Notes: generated by a model from the sequence alone, not told the origin. A stretch of DNA of 64,000 nt from Candidatus Igneacidithiobacillus taupoensis (GCA_021375695.1 JAEPKX010000002.1:30794-94793), one strand, 5' to 3'; positions 35,711-45,519 are shown, counted from the first letter of the stretch. Made by a program: numbers and translations.

Positions 35711-36717
35711 GAAGAGGACCAGGCATGGAGATATTCGAAAAAAGCACTAGCGGGATCTGGGGCTTCGAGGATTCCCGAGAGAACTGCCACCCCGGCGGCG
35801 CCAGCGGTCTGCAGTTCGACCAGGTGCTGTGGTCCAATGCCGCCCAGGGCGATGACCGGCAGGGCGGCGTTGGCAATTGCTTGGGTCAAGCCCCCGAGCC
35901 CCAAAGTGGAGGCACCTGGATGGGTGGAGGTGGGAAAGACCGGGGAAAGGAAGGCATAGCGGGCTTGCTGCTGGGCGGCGCGACGCAGGCATTCGGAACT
36001 GTGACAGGAAACTCCGAAGGGACCAGCAGGAATCTTGCCCGCCACCAGGCTTCCTTCGGGGAGATGAAGTCCGGCCAGGGGCCAGGAATGGGGAGCATCT
36101 TCCAGGCCATTCCAAAAAACGGCCACCCCTTGTTCCTGCGCTTTTGCCAGCCACGCTGGGAGGGCCTCCCGGAGTATGGGTAGCAAAGGAGTTTTGCTGC
36201 GCAGGACCAGCGCGCGCAGACCAGCGGCTATGACCTGGTCCAGGATGGGCAGGAAACGGTCCGGAGAGACTCGACCGGGGTCGGCAATGAGCCAGAGCGG
36301 GGGGCTCGGTAAATTTTCACGTTGCAGGAGGGCCACCAAGGGCAGATTGGGCTCGAGACAACGCAAGGAAGGGATCTCCCAGGGCTGGCACCAGCGCAGT
36401 TCCTGACCTTCCCTTCCCCAGGGCTCTCCTTCCCAGTCTTCCACCAAGAAAAAATGCAGTCCCACTACCCGTTCGGGGTAGGCGTGGTCCACCTGCCGCA
36501 AGAGTCTGGCTTGGCGCACGCGGATGCCGATTTCTTCCCAAAGCTCGCGGCCGAGTGCCGTCTCTGGGCTTTCGTTGGCTTCGATCTTGCCGCCTGGAAA
36601 TTCCCAAAAACCCGGCCAGGGTTTGCCCTCGGGGCGCAAGGAGAGCAAGAGCCGACCGTCGCTTCGACGTAGGATTCCTGTGGCTACCGGGACGACCTTA
36701 ACTGCGGTATTCGGCAT
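35692..36717 (-). CDS. mutT: Nudix (MutT-like) hydrolase fused to a ThiE-like domain
   Basis: Nudix box GGKIEANESPETALGRELWEEIGI and C-terminal TMP-synthase-like domain. Start trimmed to ATG 36717 (or 36729), because the ORF-track start 36864 lies 166 nt inside argJ. Confidence 0.82.
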   Translation of the reverse strand: MPNTAVKVVPVATGILRRSDGRLLLSLRPEGKPWPGFWEFPGGKIEANESPETALGRELWEEIGIRVRQARLLRQVDHAYPERVVGLHFFLVEDWEGEPWGREGQELRWCQPWEIPSLRCLEPNLPLVALLQRENLPSPPLWLIADPGRVSPDRFLPILDQVIAAGLRALVLRSKTPLLPILREALPAWLAKAQEQGVAVFWNGLEDAPHSWPLAGLHLPEGSLVAGKIPAGPFGVSCHSSECLRRAAQQQARYAFLSPVFPTSTHPGASTLGLGGLTQAIANAALPVIALGGIGPQHLVELQTAGAAGVAVLSGILEAPDPASAFFEYLHAWSSSCPNSL

Positions 36718-37921
36718 TGATGCGCACATATTCGTGGGAGAGGTCGCAGGTCCAGATTTCTTCGGCAGCCGCCCCACGACCCAGATCCACCAGCACCGGG
36801 ATCTCGGCCTTGGCCATGACCTGCTGGCCGGCCTCCTCTTGGTAACCAGGATCGCGCGCCCCATCGCGGACGATGGAAAGCCCGCCCAAATGAATCTGCA
36901 CCCGGCTTACGTCCAGATCCTCGATCCCGGCCGCACCGATAGCCGCGAGGAGCCTTCCCCAGTTGGGGTCTGCAGCAAAAAAGGCGGTTTTGATGAGGGG
37001 GCTGTGGGCCATGCGATAGGCCACTTGCAGGCACTCAGCCCCCGTACGCCCCCCCTGTACCCGAATGGGGATGAACTTGGTGGCCCCTTCACCATCCCGC
37101 ACGATGGCCTGGGCAAGCTCCCTGCAGACCGCAGTGATGGCCATGGCCAGGCCATGGAAGGCGGAATCACCTTCCCGCAGGGGAGGATGGGCTACTTGGC
37201 CGGTAGCAAGGAGGACCACAGCGTCGTTGGTGGAGGTATCGCCATCCACGGTAATGCGATTGAAGGAGCTTTCGCTAGCCTGGCGGAGGATAGCTTGGAG
37301 CAGTGCGGCAGGAAGCTGGGCATCGGTGGCCACAAAGGCGAGCATGGTCGCGAGATCCGGGCGGATCATCCCGGAACCTTTGGCGATCCCGGTGATGGTG
37401 ACGGTTTGGCCGTGGATTTCCACTTGCCGGTACGCTCCCTTGGCCACGGTGTCGGTGGTGCGGATGGCGTCGGCGGCAGGGAGCCAATGATGGGGGGCGA
37501 GCCCGCCCAAAAGTTCCGGGAGTGCGGCCCGGACCTTGGCACCCAGGTCCAGGACTTCGCCAATGACTCCAGTGGAGAAGGGCAGCACCTGCTGGGGGGC
37601 ACAACCCAATGCTTCGGCCAGGACCCGGCAGGACTCACGGGCCGTTTGCAGACCGGCGGCCCCCGTTCCCGCATTGGCATTGCCGGTGTTGATCAACAGG
37701 GCGCGGATTTCATCGCCTTGGGCCAGGTGTTCCAGGGCAATCTGCACCGGGGCGGCGCGAAAGCGATTGCGGGTAAAGAGGGCGGCAACCTGGGTGCCGG
37801 GGGCGAGTTCCAGCAAGGTCAGGTCATTCCGGTTGGGATAGCGGATGGCCGCGGCGGTAACGGCCAGCCGAACTCCGGCAACGGGCGGCAGATGGGTCGG
37901 GGCTTGGAGTTGGACGGCCAT
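36698..37921 (-). CDS. argJ: Glutamate N-acetyltransferase / amino-acid acetyltransferase ArgJ
   Basis: 407 aa. KGSGMIRPDLATMLAFVATDA autoprocessing site and TCDLSHEYVRINAEYRS C-terminus. Confidence 0.95.
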   Translation of the reverse strand: MAVQLQAPTHLPPVAGVRLAVTAAAIRYPNRNDLTLLELAPGTQVAALFTRNRFRAAPVQIALEHLAQGDEIRALLINTGNANAGTGAAGLQTARESCRVLAEALGCAPQQVLPFSTGVIGEVLDLGAKVRAALPELLGGLAPHHWLPAADAIRTTDTVAKGAYRQVEIHGQTVTITGIAKGSGMIRPDLATMLAFVATDAQLPAALLQAILRQASESSFNRITVDGDTSTNDAVVLLATGQVAHPPLREGDSAFHGLAMAITAVCRELAQAIVRDGEGATKFIPIRVQGGRTGAECLQVAYRMAHSPLIKTAFFAADPNWGRLLAAIGAAGIEDLDVSRVQIHLGGLSIVRDGARDPGYQEEAGQQVMAKAEIPVLVDLGRGAAAEEIWTCDLSHEYVRINAEYRS

Positions 37922-37929
37922 GATGCTCC

Positions 37930-40668
37930 TTATTGCAGGCGACCGCAGCAGTGTTTGTATTTTTTACCAGAGCCGCAGGGACAGGGCTGATTGCGTCCCA
38001 CCTTGATGCCGGGGGTGGAAGCTGCTGCGGTGCTCCCCAGGGCAGCAATGGCCTGGAGATCGGCCTCCTCGTCCAGGCTATTCTGCCCGTCGAGGCTTGG
38101 ATGAAGAAATTGGAGGGACCCTCCTGGTGCTGCTGCAGGAGAGAATCCAGACCAATATCCTGATGTTTCGTCTTCGGTAGATGGGACTGCAACCTGAACA
38201 TGGGCCAGGGTGCTGACAATTTCCTCCCGCACCCGGCCCAGCATGGCGTTGAAGAGCAGCAAGGCTTCCCGTTTGTATTCCTGTTTGGGGTTTTTCTGGG
38301 CATAACCGCGCAGATGGATGCCCTCGCGCAGATGGTCCATGCTCGCCAAATGATCTTTCCACTGGCTATCGAGGACCTGGAGGGTAACGGTTTTTTCCAG
38401 ATGGCGCGCCATTTCACTGCCCATTTGCTTTTCCCGTTCGGCCCAGCGTTCTTGCACGATGGTCAGGATTCGTTTGACGAGACCTTCATGGTTGAGGCTT
38501 CGATCCGAGTGCAGCCACTGACTGACGGGGAACTTTTCGCCAAAGACGCGCTCCAGTGCCGTTTCCAGATTGGGCAGGTCCCACTGCTCTTCCATTACTC
38601 CTTCGGGGGCATAGTCAGCAAGCAGGGATCGCAGTACGTCTTCCCGCAGCGTCTGGATCTCCTCCCGCAGGTCATTGCTGTCCATGAACAGATTTCGCTG
38701 GGCATAGATGATCTTGCGCTGTTCGTTGGCCACGTCATCATATTCCAGCAGCTGCTTGCGAATATCGAAGTTGCGGGCTTCCACCTTGCGCTGGGCATTT
38801 TCGATGGCCTTGCTGACCCAGGGATGCTCGATGGCTTCGCCGGGTTGCATCCCCAGTTTTTGCATGAGGCCGCTCAAGCGGTCGCTGCCAAAGATCCGCA
38901 TCAGGGGGTCTTCCAGGGACAAGTAAAAGCGCGTCGAGCCTACATCTCCTTGCCTACCCGAACGGCCTCGCAACTGATTGTCGATGCGCCTGGATTCATG
39001 GCGCTCTGTCCCAATGACATGGAGGCCACCGGCAGCCAGGACCTGTTCATGCTCCACCTGCCAGTCTTTCTTGAGTTTGCGGATCTGTTCCTGTTTGCTT
39101 TCTTCATCGAGATCGTCTTGCGCCTCGATCATGGCAATCTGATGATCTACATTGCCACCCAGCACGATATCCGTGCCTCGCCCGGCCATATTGGTGGCAA
39201 TGGTCACTGCCCCAGGCTTGCCCGCCTGGGCAATGATTTCTGCTTCGCGTTCGTGCTGCTTGGCATTGAGCACGGCATGGGGAATTTTTTTTTGGCGCAG
39301 ACGCCTGGAAAGATATTCGTTGTGTTCGATGGAGGTGGTACCGACCAAAACCGGCTGTCCGCGGGTCCGGCAGTCCTCGATGTCGGCAACGATGGCATCC
39401 CACTTTTCCTGCGCTGTTCGATAAATCTGATCGGGATAATCGATCCGTTGCACCGGGCGATGGGTGGGGATTACCACCACCTCGAGTCCATAAATTTGGT
39501 TGAGTTCGTAGGCCTCGGTATCGGCGGTGCCAGTCATTCCCGCGAGCTTGTGGTACATGCGGAAGTAATTCTGGAAGGTAATGGAGGCCAGGGTCTGGTT
39601 CTCATTCTGGACTTCCACCCCTTCCTTGGCTTCTACCGCCTGGTGCAGGCCATCGGACCAACGCCGACCGGTCATGAGTCGTCCCGTAAACTCATCGACA
39701 ATGCAGACCTCACCATCGCGAACGATGTAGTCGGTTTCGCGCTTATAGATATGATGGGCGCGCAAGGCCTGATTCAGGTGGTGCACCAGACTGACATTGC
39801 TGACATCGTAGAGATTACCTTCCCGCAATAGGCCCGCCTCTCGCAGCATGGTTTCCGCCTTTTCGATTCCTTCTTCGCTGAGCAGGACCTGTTTGGCCTT
39901 TTCGTCGATGCTAAAGTCGGTATCCGCCACAAAGGCGGGAATCAAGCTGTTGACGCGGACATAGAGGTCGGTGTTTTCTTCGGTGGGTCCACTGATGATC
40001 AGCGGGGTCCGTGCCTCGTCAATGAGAATGGAGTCCACCTCGTCAATGATGGCGTAGTGGAGCCCGCGCTGGACCCGGTCGGCGGGAGAGAAGGCCATGT
40101 TGTCCCGCAAATAGTCAAAACCAAGCTCATTGTTGGTGGCATAGGTGATGTCAGCGGCGTAGGCTTTGCGTCGTTCTTCCGTGGATAGGTTGGCAATGAT
40201 GGTGCCCACCGAGAGCCCGAGAAAGCGATGGACACGTCCCATCCATTCGGCGTCGCGGCTAGCCAGGTAATCGTTTACCGTAACCACATGGACACCCTTG
40301 CCGGCCAGGGCGTTGAGGTAGGCAGGCAAGGTGGAAACGAGGGTCTTGCCTTCGCCCGTGCGCATCTCGGCAATCTTGCCCTCGTGGAGCATGTAGCCGC
40401 CAATGAGCTGGACATCGTAGTGAAAGAGCCCCAGGGTGCGCAGGGCCGCTTCGCGAACGGTGGCAAAGGCTTCGGGGAGTATGCTGTCCAATGACTCGCC
40501 GGCTTCCACGCGTTGCCGCAACACGGCTGTCTGTCCCTGGAGCTCCCCATCTGTCATCTGCCGATACTGATCCTGCAGACTGTTGATGCGGGCAACTACG
40601 GTACGGGCTTTCTTGATCAGGCGGTCGTTGCGACTGCCCACCACATGACGGATGATTGATCCCAACAT
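37930..40668 (-). CDS. secA: Preprotein translocase ATPase SecA
   Basis: [21 protein letters not shown]-terminus (ATG 40668), MRTGEGKT Walker A and C-terminal zinc motif [14 protein letters not shown]. Confidence 0.97.
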   Translation of the reverse strand: MLGSIIRHVVGSRNDRLIKKARTVVARINSLQDQYRQMTDGELQGQTAVLRQRVEAGESLDSILPEAFATVREAALRTLGLFHYDVQLIGGYMLHEGKIAEMRTGEGKTLVSTLPAYLNALAGKGVHVVTVNDYLASRDAEWMGRVHRFLGLSVGTIIANLSTEERRKAYAADITYATNNELGFDYLRDNMAFSPADRVQRGLHYAIIDEVDSILIDEARTPLIISGPTEENTDLYVRVNSLIPAFVADTDFSIDEKAKQVLLSEEGIEKAETMLREAGLLREGNLYDVSNVSLVHHLNQALRAHHIYKRETDYIVRDGEVCIVDEFTGRLMTGRRWSDGLHQAVEAKEGVEVQNENQTLASITFQNYFRMYHKLAGMTGTADTEAYELNQIYGLEVVVIPTHRPVQRIDYPDQIYRTAQEKWDAIVADIEDCRTRGQPVLVGTTSIEHNEYLSRRLRQKKIPHAVLNAKQHEREAEIIAQAGKPGAVTIATNMAGRGTDIVLGGNVDHQIAMIEAQDDLDEESKQEQIRKLKKDWQVEHEQVLAAGGLHVIGTERHESRRIDNQLRGRSGRQGDVGSTRFYLSLEDPLMRIFGSDRLSGLMQKLGMQPGEAIEHPWVSKAIENAQRKVEARNFDIRKQLLEYDDVANEQRKIIYAQRNLFMDSNDLREEIQTLREDVLRSLLADYAPEGVMEEQWDLPNLETALERVFGEKFPVSQWLHSDRSLNHEGLVKRILTIVQERWAEREKQMGSEMARHLEKTVTLQVLDSQWKDHLASMDHLREGIHLRGYAQKNPKQEYKREALLLFNAMLGRVREEIVSTLAHVQVAVPSTEDETSGYWSGFSPAAAPGGSLQFLHPSLDGQNSLDEEADLQAIAALGSTAAASTPGIKVGRNQPCPCGSGKKYKHCCGRLQ

Positions 40669-40723
40669 GAACGCAAAAACTCTCACCAAAAATATACCAG
40701 AGGGTAGCACGAAGCCCAGCCGG

Positions 40724-41218
40724 GTGAAATGTCGTTATGGTACGGCGCTGCAAACCCTGAATCCTGCTTTGGGAGCTTTGGTCCGGCAAGGTCTGGAATT
40801 ACGACGTCGACAGCTGGACTGGAACGCCTTGCTCCCACTGGAGGCCCAGGAACGAAGTTGGTTGCTTTCCTGGCATGGGGGCTGTCTGCAGATCCTGGTG
40901 GAAAGCGCGGCGTGGTTGAGCTGGTTTCGGCGTCGGGAAAAAAGCATTTGCCGGAACTGGAACAAACGTTTCCCCGAGGAGGCCGTGCAACGCATGGAAA
41001 TCACCTTGCGTCCCTGGCAGCGCCAGGAACGCCGGAAAACGGTACCCCCCGTTGCGGGAATCAGCGGACCTGCTCCCGAGGCTTTGCGCCAGCTTGCACT
41101 GCAAAGTGACGGGAGACTGCGCAACTCGTTGCTGCGCCTGATTGCAACGCTGGATCAGGCCGAAACGGGTACCAATGACTCTACGAAGGAAAAAGGTACA
41201 CGTTCGGGAGATGCATAA
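40724..41218 (+). CDS. DUF721 (DciA-like) protein
   Basis: ORF 40652..41218. W..LLP...[22 protein letters not shown] pattern fits DUF721. Divergent from secA, as in Pseudomonas. Start uncertain (ATG 40652 or 40667 overlaps the secA start; GTG 40724). The 3' end overlaps the lpxC 3' end by 64 nt. Confidence 0.5.
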   Translation: MKCRYGTALQTLNPALGALVRQGLELRRRQLDWNALLPLEAQERSWLLSWHGGCLQILVESAAWLSWFRRREKSICRNWNKRFPEEAVQRMEITLRPWQRQERRKTVPPVAGISGPAPEALRQLALQSDGRLRNSLLRLIATLDQAETGTNDSTKEKGTRSGDA

Positions 41219-42072
41219 TCGACAAATTCCCAGGCATCTTCCCGTTGCTGCAGCAGGCGAAGAAGCTGATTGTTGAGAGCGTGGCCCGCTTTGTGCCCCG
41301 AAAAGTGGCCGAGCAGCGGGTGCCCAAGCAAGTACAGATCGCCAATGGAATCGAGCACCTTGTGGCGGACGAATTCATTGCTGTAACGCAGACCATCTTC
41401 ATTCAGTACCCGGTATTCATCCACCACAATGGCATTGTCCAGATTACCGCCAAGGGCCAGGCCCATGCGCCGGAGCGTCTCCACCTCGCGCATGAAGCCA
41501 AAGGTCCTGGCCCGGGATACCTCCTTGAGGTAAGACGTGTTGGCAAAATCGACGCTGACCTCCTGACCCCCATTGCGCAGTACCGGGTGGTCGAAATCGA
41601 TGGTAAAGCTGACCCGGAAACCATCGTAGGGCTCCAGTTGTACCCAACGATCGCCGTCCTCCACCTTGAGGGTCTTACGGATGCGGATGAAGCGTTTGGG
41701 CGCATTCTGTTCTTCGATGCCCGCGCACTGAATGAGGAAAACAAAGGGCGCGGCGCTGCCGTCCATGATGGGTACCTCGGCCCCGTCAAGGTCAACGTAC
41801 ACGTTGTCGATGCCCAAACCAGCAAAGGCGGACATGAGGTGTTCGATGGTCCCCACGCGGACGTGCCCATTCCCGATGTTGGTGGAAAGGCGGGTGTCCA
41901 CCACGTGCATGGGGTCGGCCTTGATGTAGGCATCTCCTGCCAAGTCGCTACGATGGAATACGATGCCGGTATTGATAGGAGCAGGGCGCAGGCCAAGGTA
42001 TACTTTCTTGCCGCTATGGAGACCGATTCCTGTCCCCCAGATCATGTTTTTCAAAGTACGCTGTCGGATCAT
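41155..42072 (-). CDS. lpxC: UDP-3-O-acyl-N-acetylglucosamine deacetylase LpxC
   Basis: [25 protein letters not shown]-terminus (ATG 42072), [13 protein letters not shown] and GHKAGHALN motifs. Confidence 0.96.
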   Translation of the reverse strand: MIRQRTLKNMIWGTGIGLHSGKKVYLGLRPAPINTGIVFHRSDLAGDAYIKADPMHVVDTRLSTNIGNGHVRVGTIEHLMSAFAGLGIDNVYVDLDGAEVPIMDGSAAPFVFLIQCAGIEEQNAPKRFIRIRKTLKVEDGDRWVQLEPYDGFRVSFTIDFDHPVLRNGGQEVSVDFANTSYLKEVSRARTFGFMREVETLRRMGLALGGNLDNAIVVDEYRVLNEDGLRYSNEFVRHKVLDSIGDLYLLGHPLLGHFSGHKAGHALNNQLLRLLQQREDAWEFVDYASPERVPFSFVESLVPVSA

Positions 42073-42308
42073 GCAGTGTTTTGCGACCGGTCGGAGGCCG
42101 CCCTCCCATTTCCTACCTTGTGGACGACAATACAACGTTTGTTGCCAAGATACAACTTTCACGCAAAGAGTCTAGGGAAGGCTGAGCCGATCGGCAAGTC
42201 ATCGTCACGAAAGTTCACATTTTTCCCGCCCAAAAGGCATCGATTCTGTTAAAATGCTTGTGGGGATCTGCCCTGGAAATCCAGTAATCAAAATTTGAGG
42301 ACCTATGC

Positions 42309-42929
42309 ATGGCTACACCCAGCAACAAGAAAACCCTGATGACCTTGTACTCTGCCCCTGATTGTGTGTTTGCCCATCGAGTTCGCTTCGTACTCGAAGA
42401 GAAGGCTATGGAGTATCAATGTATCGATGTGAATTTCTCCGACAAACCAGAAGATTTGCTGGAACTCAATCCATATGGAGAGGTTCCGACCCTGGTAGAT
42501 CGAGAGTTGGCCATCTTCGAATCCTTTCTGATTATCGAATATCTGGACGAGCGCTTTCCCCATCCACCGCTCATTCCCGTGGATCCCATTTCCCGGGCGA
42601 AAGTCCGGCTTGGATTGCTGCAGTTTGATCGAGATTGGTTCGAACCCCTTTTCCGCCCCGGGCATGATCAGGCTGAGCAAGACCGCGCCAAGGAGTCCCT
42701 GCGTCGCTCCCTGGCGCAACTCAGCAGTCTATTTAGTCAACAGCGTTACCTTTTTGGTGACGAGTTGTCCATTGCCGATTGCGGCCTGGCCCCCTTGCTG
42801 TGGCGCTTGCCGGTATTGGGGGTGGAAATTCCAAAGGGAGCAAAGGCGACCTTGGATTACATGGAGCGAATCTTTGCCCTGGAAAGTTTCCAGCGTAGCC
42901 TGAGTCCTGCGGAAAAGGCCCTGCGTTGA
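42309..42929 (+). CDS. sspA: Stringent starvation protein A (GST-like)
   Basis: 206 aa. MTLYSAPDCVFAHRVRFVLEEK and PYGEVPTLVDREL motifs. Confidence 0.9.
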   Translation: MATPSNKKTLMTLYSAPDCVFAHRVRFVLEEKAMEYQCIDVNFSDKPEDLLELNPYGEVPTLVDRELAIFESFLIIEYLDERFPHPPLIPVDPISRAKVRLGLLQFDRDWFEPLFRPGHDQAEQDRAKESLRRSLAQLSSLFSQQRYLFGDELSIADCGLAPLLWRLPVLGVEIPKGAKATLDYMERIFALESFQRSLSPAEKALR

Positions 42930-44632
42930 GGGGGGTAGAAGTCTCCCGTCTGGCTTCCCTGCCAGAAGGACTTTTGCGGCGCTGCCAGCGCAATCCCGAG
43001 GAGATCATAGCCTGGCATCGCCAGGAGGAGCATTTCGTATCCATTAGTGCCGGCGACTTTGCCGAAAAAGTCCGCCGCAGGGCGAGGGGCTTGCAAAAGC
43101 TTGGTGTGCGCAAAGGCGATCGGGTGGTGCTCATGGCCCCAAACTCTGTGGACTGGGCCATTCTCGATTTTGCCATTTTAGCGATCGGGGCCTTGACCGT
43201 CCCTTTGTATCCCAGTCTGGGGATCCGGGAGATCCATTATATTTTGGGAGACTGTAGCCCAAGTCTGATCCTCCTGCACAATCAGGAGATCTATGAGCGG
43301 CTGGGGGCTGAGGGCTGGGGCTTGCCCAGCGAGCGGATTCTCCTGCAAGAAACGTTCGGTAATCTGTCCAGCTGGGATCGACTGGAAGCGCAGGGGGCCC
43401 TGGAAAAGGAATGGGTGCCCCCCGAACTGGATCGCAACGATCTGGCAAGCATTGTCTATACCTCGGGTACAACGGGATGGCCAAAAGGGGTCATGCTGCG
43501 TCATGGTAACTTTCTGAGCAATCTGGAAGGTTTTTTGCCGTTGGTGCCCCTTGTGCCTGGGCAACGCTTGCTTTCCATTTTGCCCTTGAGTCACGTTTTC
43601 GAACGAGCCACAACCCATTTTGCTGGTTATCTCTTGGGCCTGGAAGTTGCTTACGCCGAGCGTCCCGATACGGTTCTTCGTGACCTAGCGCAAGTGCATC
43701 CCGATATCCTCATTGCGGTTCCGCGGGTATTTCAGCTCTTGTACGAGCGGCTGCTTCGCGGTCTGGAGGATCGGCCCGACTGGATGGGCAGATTTCTGCG
43801 CCGAGGCCTCGGTTTGGCTGGGAGTCGCCCGCGGGCCTGGCAACAATTTTTGAGTAGCCGCATCGTCCGGCGACAGTTGCGCAAGCGGCTTGGGGGTCGC
43901 CTTGGCTATTTTGTTTCGGGTGGCGCACCCCTAGATCCCCATATTGCCCAGTTTTTCCTGGACGTTGGATTACCCATTGTGGAGGGCTATGGCATGACCG
44001 AGGCCAGTCCGGTCATTGCCGCCAATCCCTTGTCGGCGATTCATCCTGGCACGGTCGGCAAGCCCTTGCCCAACCTCCAATTGCAGATTGCTGCCGATGG
44101 CGAAATTCTGGTGCGCGGCCCCTCGGTCATGGTCGGCTACTGGAACAACGAGCAAGCTACGCGGGAAGCCCTGGTAGATGGTTGGCTGCATACGGGGGAT
44201 GTGGGTAGTTTGGATTCCGATGGCTATCTGCGCGTTATCGAACGCAAAAAAGAATTGATCATCAATAGTGCTGGCGAAAATATTGCTCCGCAGAAACTGG
44301 AGATGCGGCTTTGTAGTCAGCCGTTGATTGCGCAGGCGGTGGTTTTTGGGGATCGCCAACCTTTTTTGGTGGCGTTGATCTATCCCAATGCAGAACAGGT
44401 AGAAAAAATCCTTGGCCCCCATCCCAACGAGTCAGAGCTGCGCCGAGCGCTCCAGGGGGCAATCCAGCAAGCGTTGGGGGATCTTCCCAGTTTCGAGCAG
44501 ATCCGCCGCTTCGCCCTCTTGCCCGAAGCGCTCAGTGAATCGACGGGCACCCTTACCCCGACCTTGAAAGTCCGGCGCAAAGAAGTCGCGAAACGGTACG
44601 CGCAGTTGTTGGCGCAGCTGCAACGTAGCTAG
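42926..44632 (+). CDS. AMP-dependent long-chain acyl-CoA synthetase/ligase
   Basis: 568 aa. AMP-binding motif YTSGTTGWPKGV and GYGMTE, GWLHTGD. TTG start overlaps the sspA stop (TTGA). Confidence 0.88.
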   Translation: MRGVEVSRLASLPEGLLRRCQRNPEEIIAWHRQEEHFVSISAGDFAEKVRRRARGLQKLGVRKGDRVVLMAPNSVDWAILDFAILAIGALTVPLYPSLGIREIHYILGDCSPSLILLHNQEIYERLGAEGWGLPSERILLQETFGNLSSWDRLEAQGALEKEWVPPELDRNDLASIVYTSGTTGWPKGVMLRHGNFLSNLEGFLPLVPLVPGQRLLSILPLSHVFERATTHFAGYLLGLEVAYAERPDTVLRDLAQVHPDILIAVPRVFQLLYERLLRGLEDRPDWMGRFLRRGLGLAGSRPRAWQQFLSSRIVRRQLRKRLGGRLGYFVSGGAPLDPHIAQFFLDVGLPIVEGYGMTEASPVIAANPLSAIHPGTVGKPLPNLQLQIAADGEILVRGPSVMVGYWNNEQATREALVDGWLHTGDVGSLDSDGYLRVIERKKELIINSAGENIAPQKLEMRLCSQPLIAQAVVFGDRQPFLVALIYPNAEQVEKILGPHPNESELRRALQGAIQQALGDLPSFEQIRRFALLPEALSESTGTLTPTLKVRRKEVAKRYAQLLAQLQRS

Positions 44633-44895
44633 CTATCGCCCCGTCGGCCTTTGTTGATGGCGCTGCTATTTCCCCAGGCGCTGAGATCCTGGACCTGAAC
44701 GCCCACCCACCAATATTCGCCCACACTATCGCGACCGTGGCCACCTACCAGAGCCTGGCCCTGGGCCAGGTGGACATGCTGCAGGAGCGCGCGGGCATCA
44801 TCCCGACTGCGAAAAACCGACCAGGCCACGACTCGTTCCATGGGCTGGACCGAGGGAAGTTCCCGGGCCTCCTCCAAAAAATCATCGCGGATCAT
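44629..44895 (-). CDS. Small hypothetical protein (88 aa)
   Basis: ORF 44629..44997 trimmed to ATG 44895, which has a strong SD (GGAGGTG, 5 nt spacer) and a minus-strand TATACT hexamer (44932..44927) upstream. No family recognised. Confidence 0.5.
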   Translation of the reverse strand: MIRDDFLEEARELPSVQPMERVVAWSVFRSRDDARALLQHVHLAQGQALVGGHGRDSVGEYWWVGVQVQDLSAWGNSSAINKGRRGDS

Positions 44896-44925
44896 GATGC
44901 ACCTCCGTTGCTGTGGTGTTTTTTG

Positions 44926-44934
44926 TAGTATAGT
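44926..44934 (+). promoter_or_regulatory. rnpB -10 region (TAGTAT/TATAGT)
   Basis: The hexamers end 7-10 nt before the predicted RNase P RNA 5' end. TTGCTG lies 15 nt upstream as a weak -35. Confidence 0.45.
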
Positions 44935-44941
44935 CCGCTTC

Positions 44942-45285
44942 GGAGTGGGGCAGGCGACCGCCGCGGAGTGATCCGGGGAGGAAAGTCCGGGCTCCACAGG
45001 GCAGGACGCCGGCTAACGGCCGGGAGGCGTGAGCCTACGGAAAGTGCCACAGAAAATATACCGCCTAAGCGTATACACGCTGGTAAGGGTGAAAAGGTGC
45101 GGTAAGAGCGCACCGCGCTTCCGGTAACGGAAGTGGCAGGGTAAACCCCGTCCGGAGCAAGACCAAATAGGCGCACCATACTGTGGCCCGCAGTGTGCGC
45201 GGGTAGGTTGCTGGAGCTGTCCCGTAAGGGCCAGCCTAGAGGAATGGTCGCCCACGACAGAACCCGGCTTATCGTCTCACTCCAC
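44942..45285 (+). ncRNA. rnpB: RNase P RNA, bacterial type A
   Basis: GGAGGAAAGTCCGGGCTCCACAGGGCAG, GGTAAGGGTGAAAAGGTGCGGTAAGAGCGCACCGCG and CACGACAGAACCCGGCTTATCG blocks are colinear with E. coli M1 RNA. The 5' GGAGTGGGG pairs with the 3' CTCACTCC (P1). Ends are approximate (+/-5 nt). Confidence 0.95.
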
Positions 45286-45437
45286 TTTTTCCCACCATGT
45301 GGCTCCCGTCCTGCTGTCCGGCAGGCAACTTCACAACAATCATCCTTAGATTTTAATATGTTGTAAGCAATTCCTCAGAAAGAACCCGAATAATGCGTTC
45401 CCCGTTGCTAACCTGCAGAAAACTGAGGATTTTTGCC

Positions 45438-45497
45438 TTGACAGGGGCTTGGGCTGTCCATAATCTACGGGCTGTGGGGGAAAGTGGTTTAAAGTGG
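45438..45497 (+). promoter_or_regulatory. mraZ (dcw) promoter TTGACA...TAATCT plus three GTGG repeats at exact 10-bp spacing (MraZ operator)
   Basis: TTGACA at 45438..45443 and a -10-like region at 45459..45466. GTGGG-ggaaa-GTGGT-ttaaa-GTGGT with GTGG at 45474, 45484 and 45494, matching the known MraZ repeat architecture. Confidence 0.7.
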
Positions 45498-45519
45498 TAA
45501 TTCAGAACAGGGCCAGCCA

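Noticed and set aside
38200-39831. Very long ORFs antisense to real genes. Examples are 543 aa opposite secA, 36524..37990 opposite argJ, 6315..7265 opposite pilT, 57458..58591 opposite murB, 32586..33734 opposite the GT4 gene, 41245..42252 opposite lpxC and 49387..50274 opposite murE.
   Set aside because: Their compositions are Arg/Gly/Pro/His-rich and low in complexity. They lack SD sequences and recognisable motifs, and each lies opposite a gene with unambiguous family motifs. This is the expected shadow-ORF artefact of a GC-rich genome.
45310-45325. Hairpin CCTGC-tgtccg-GCAGG, and a longer CCTCAG...CTGAGG pairing (about 45383..45430), downstream of rnpB as possible terminators or structured RNA.
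   Set aside because: The first has a 5-bp stem with no T-run. The second encloses a 43-nt poorly paired loop. I cannot fold RNA here, so the support is too weak for a feature call.
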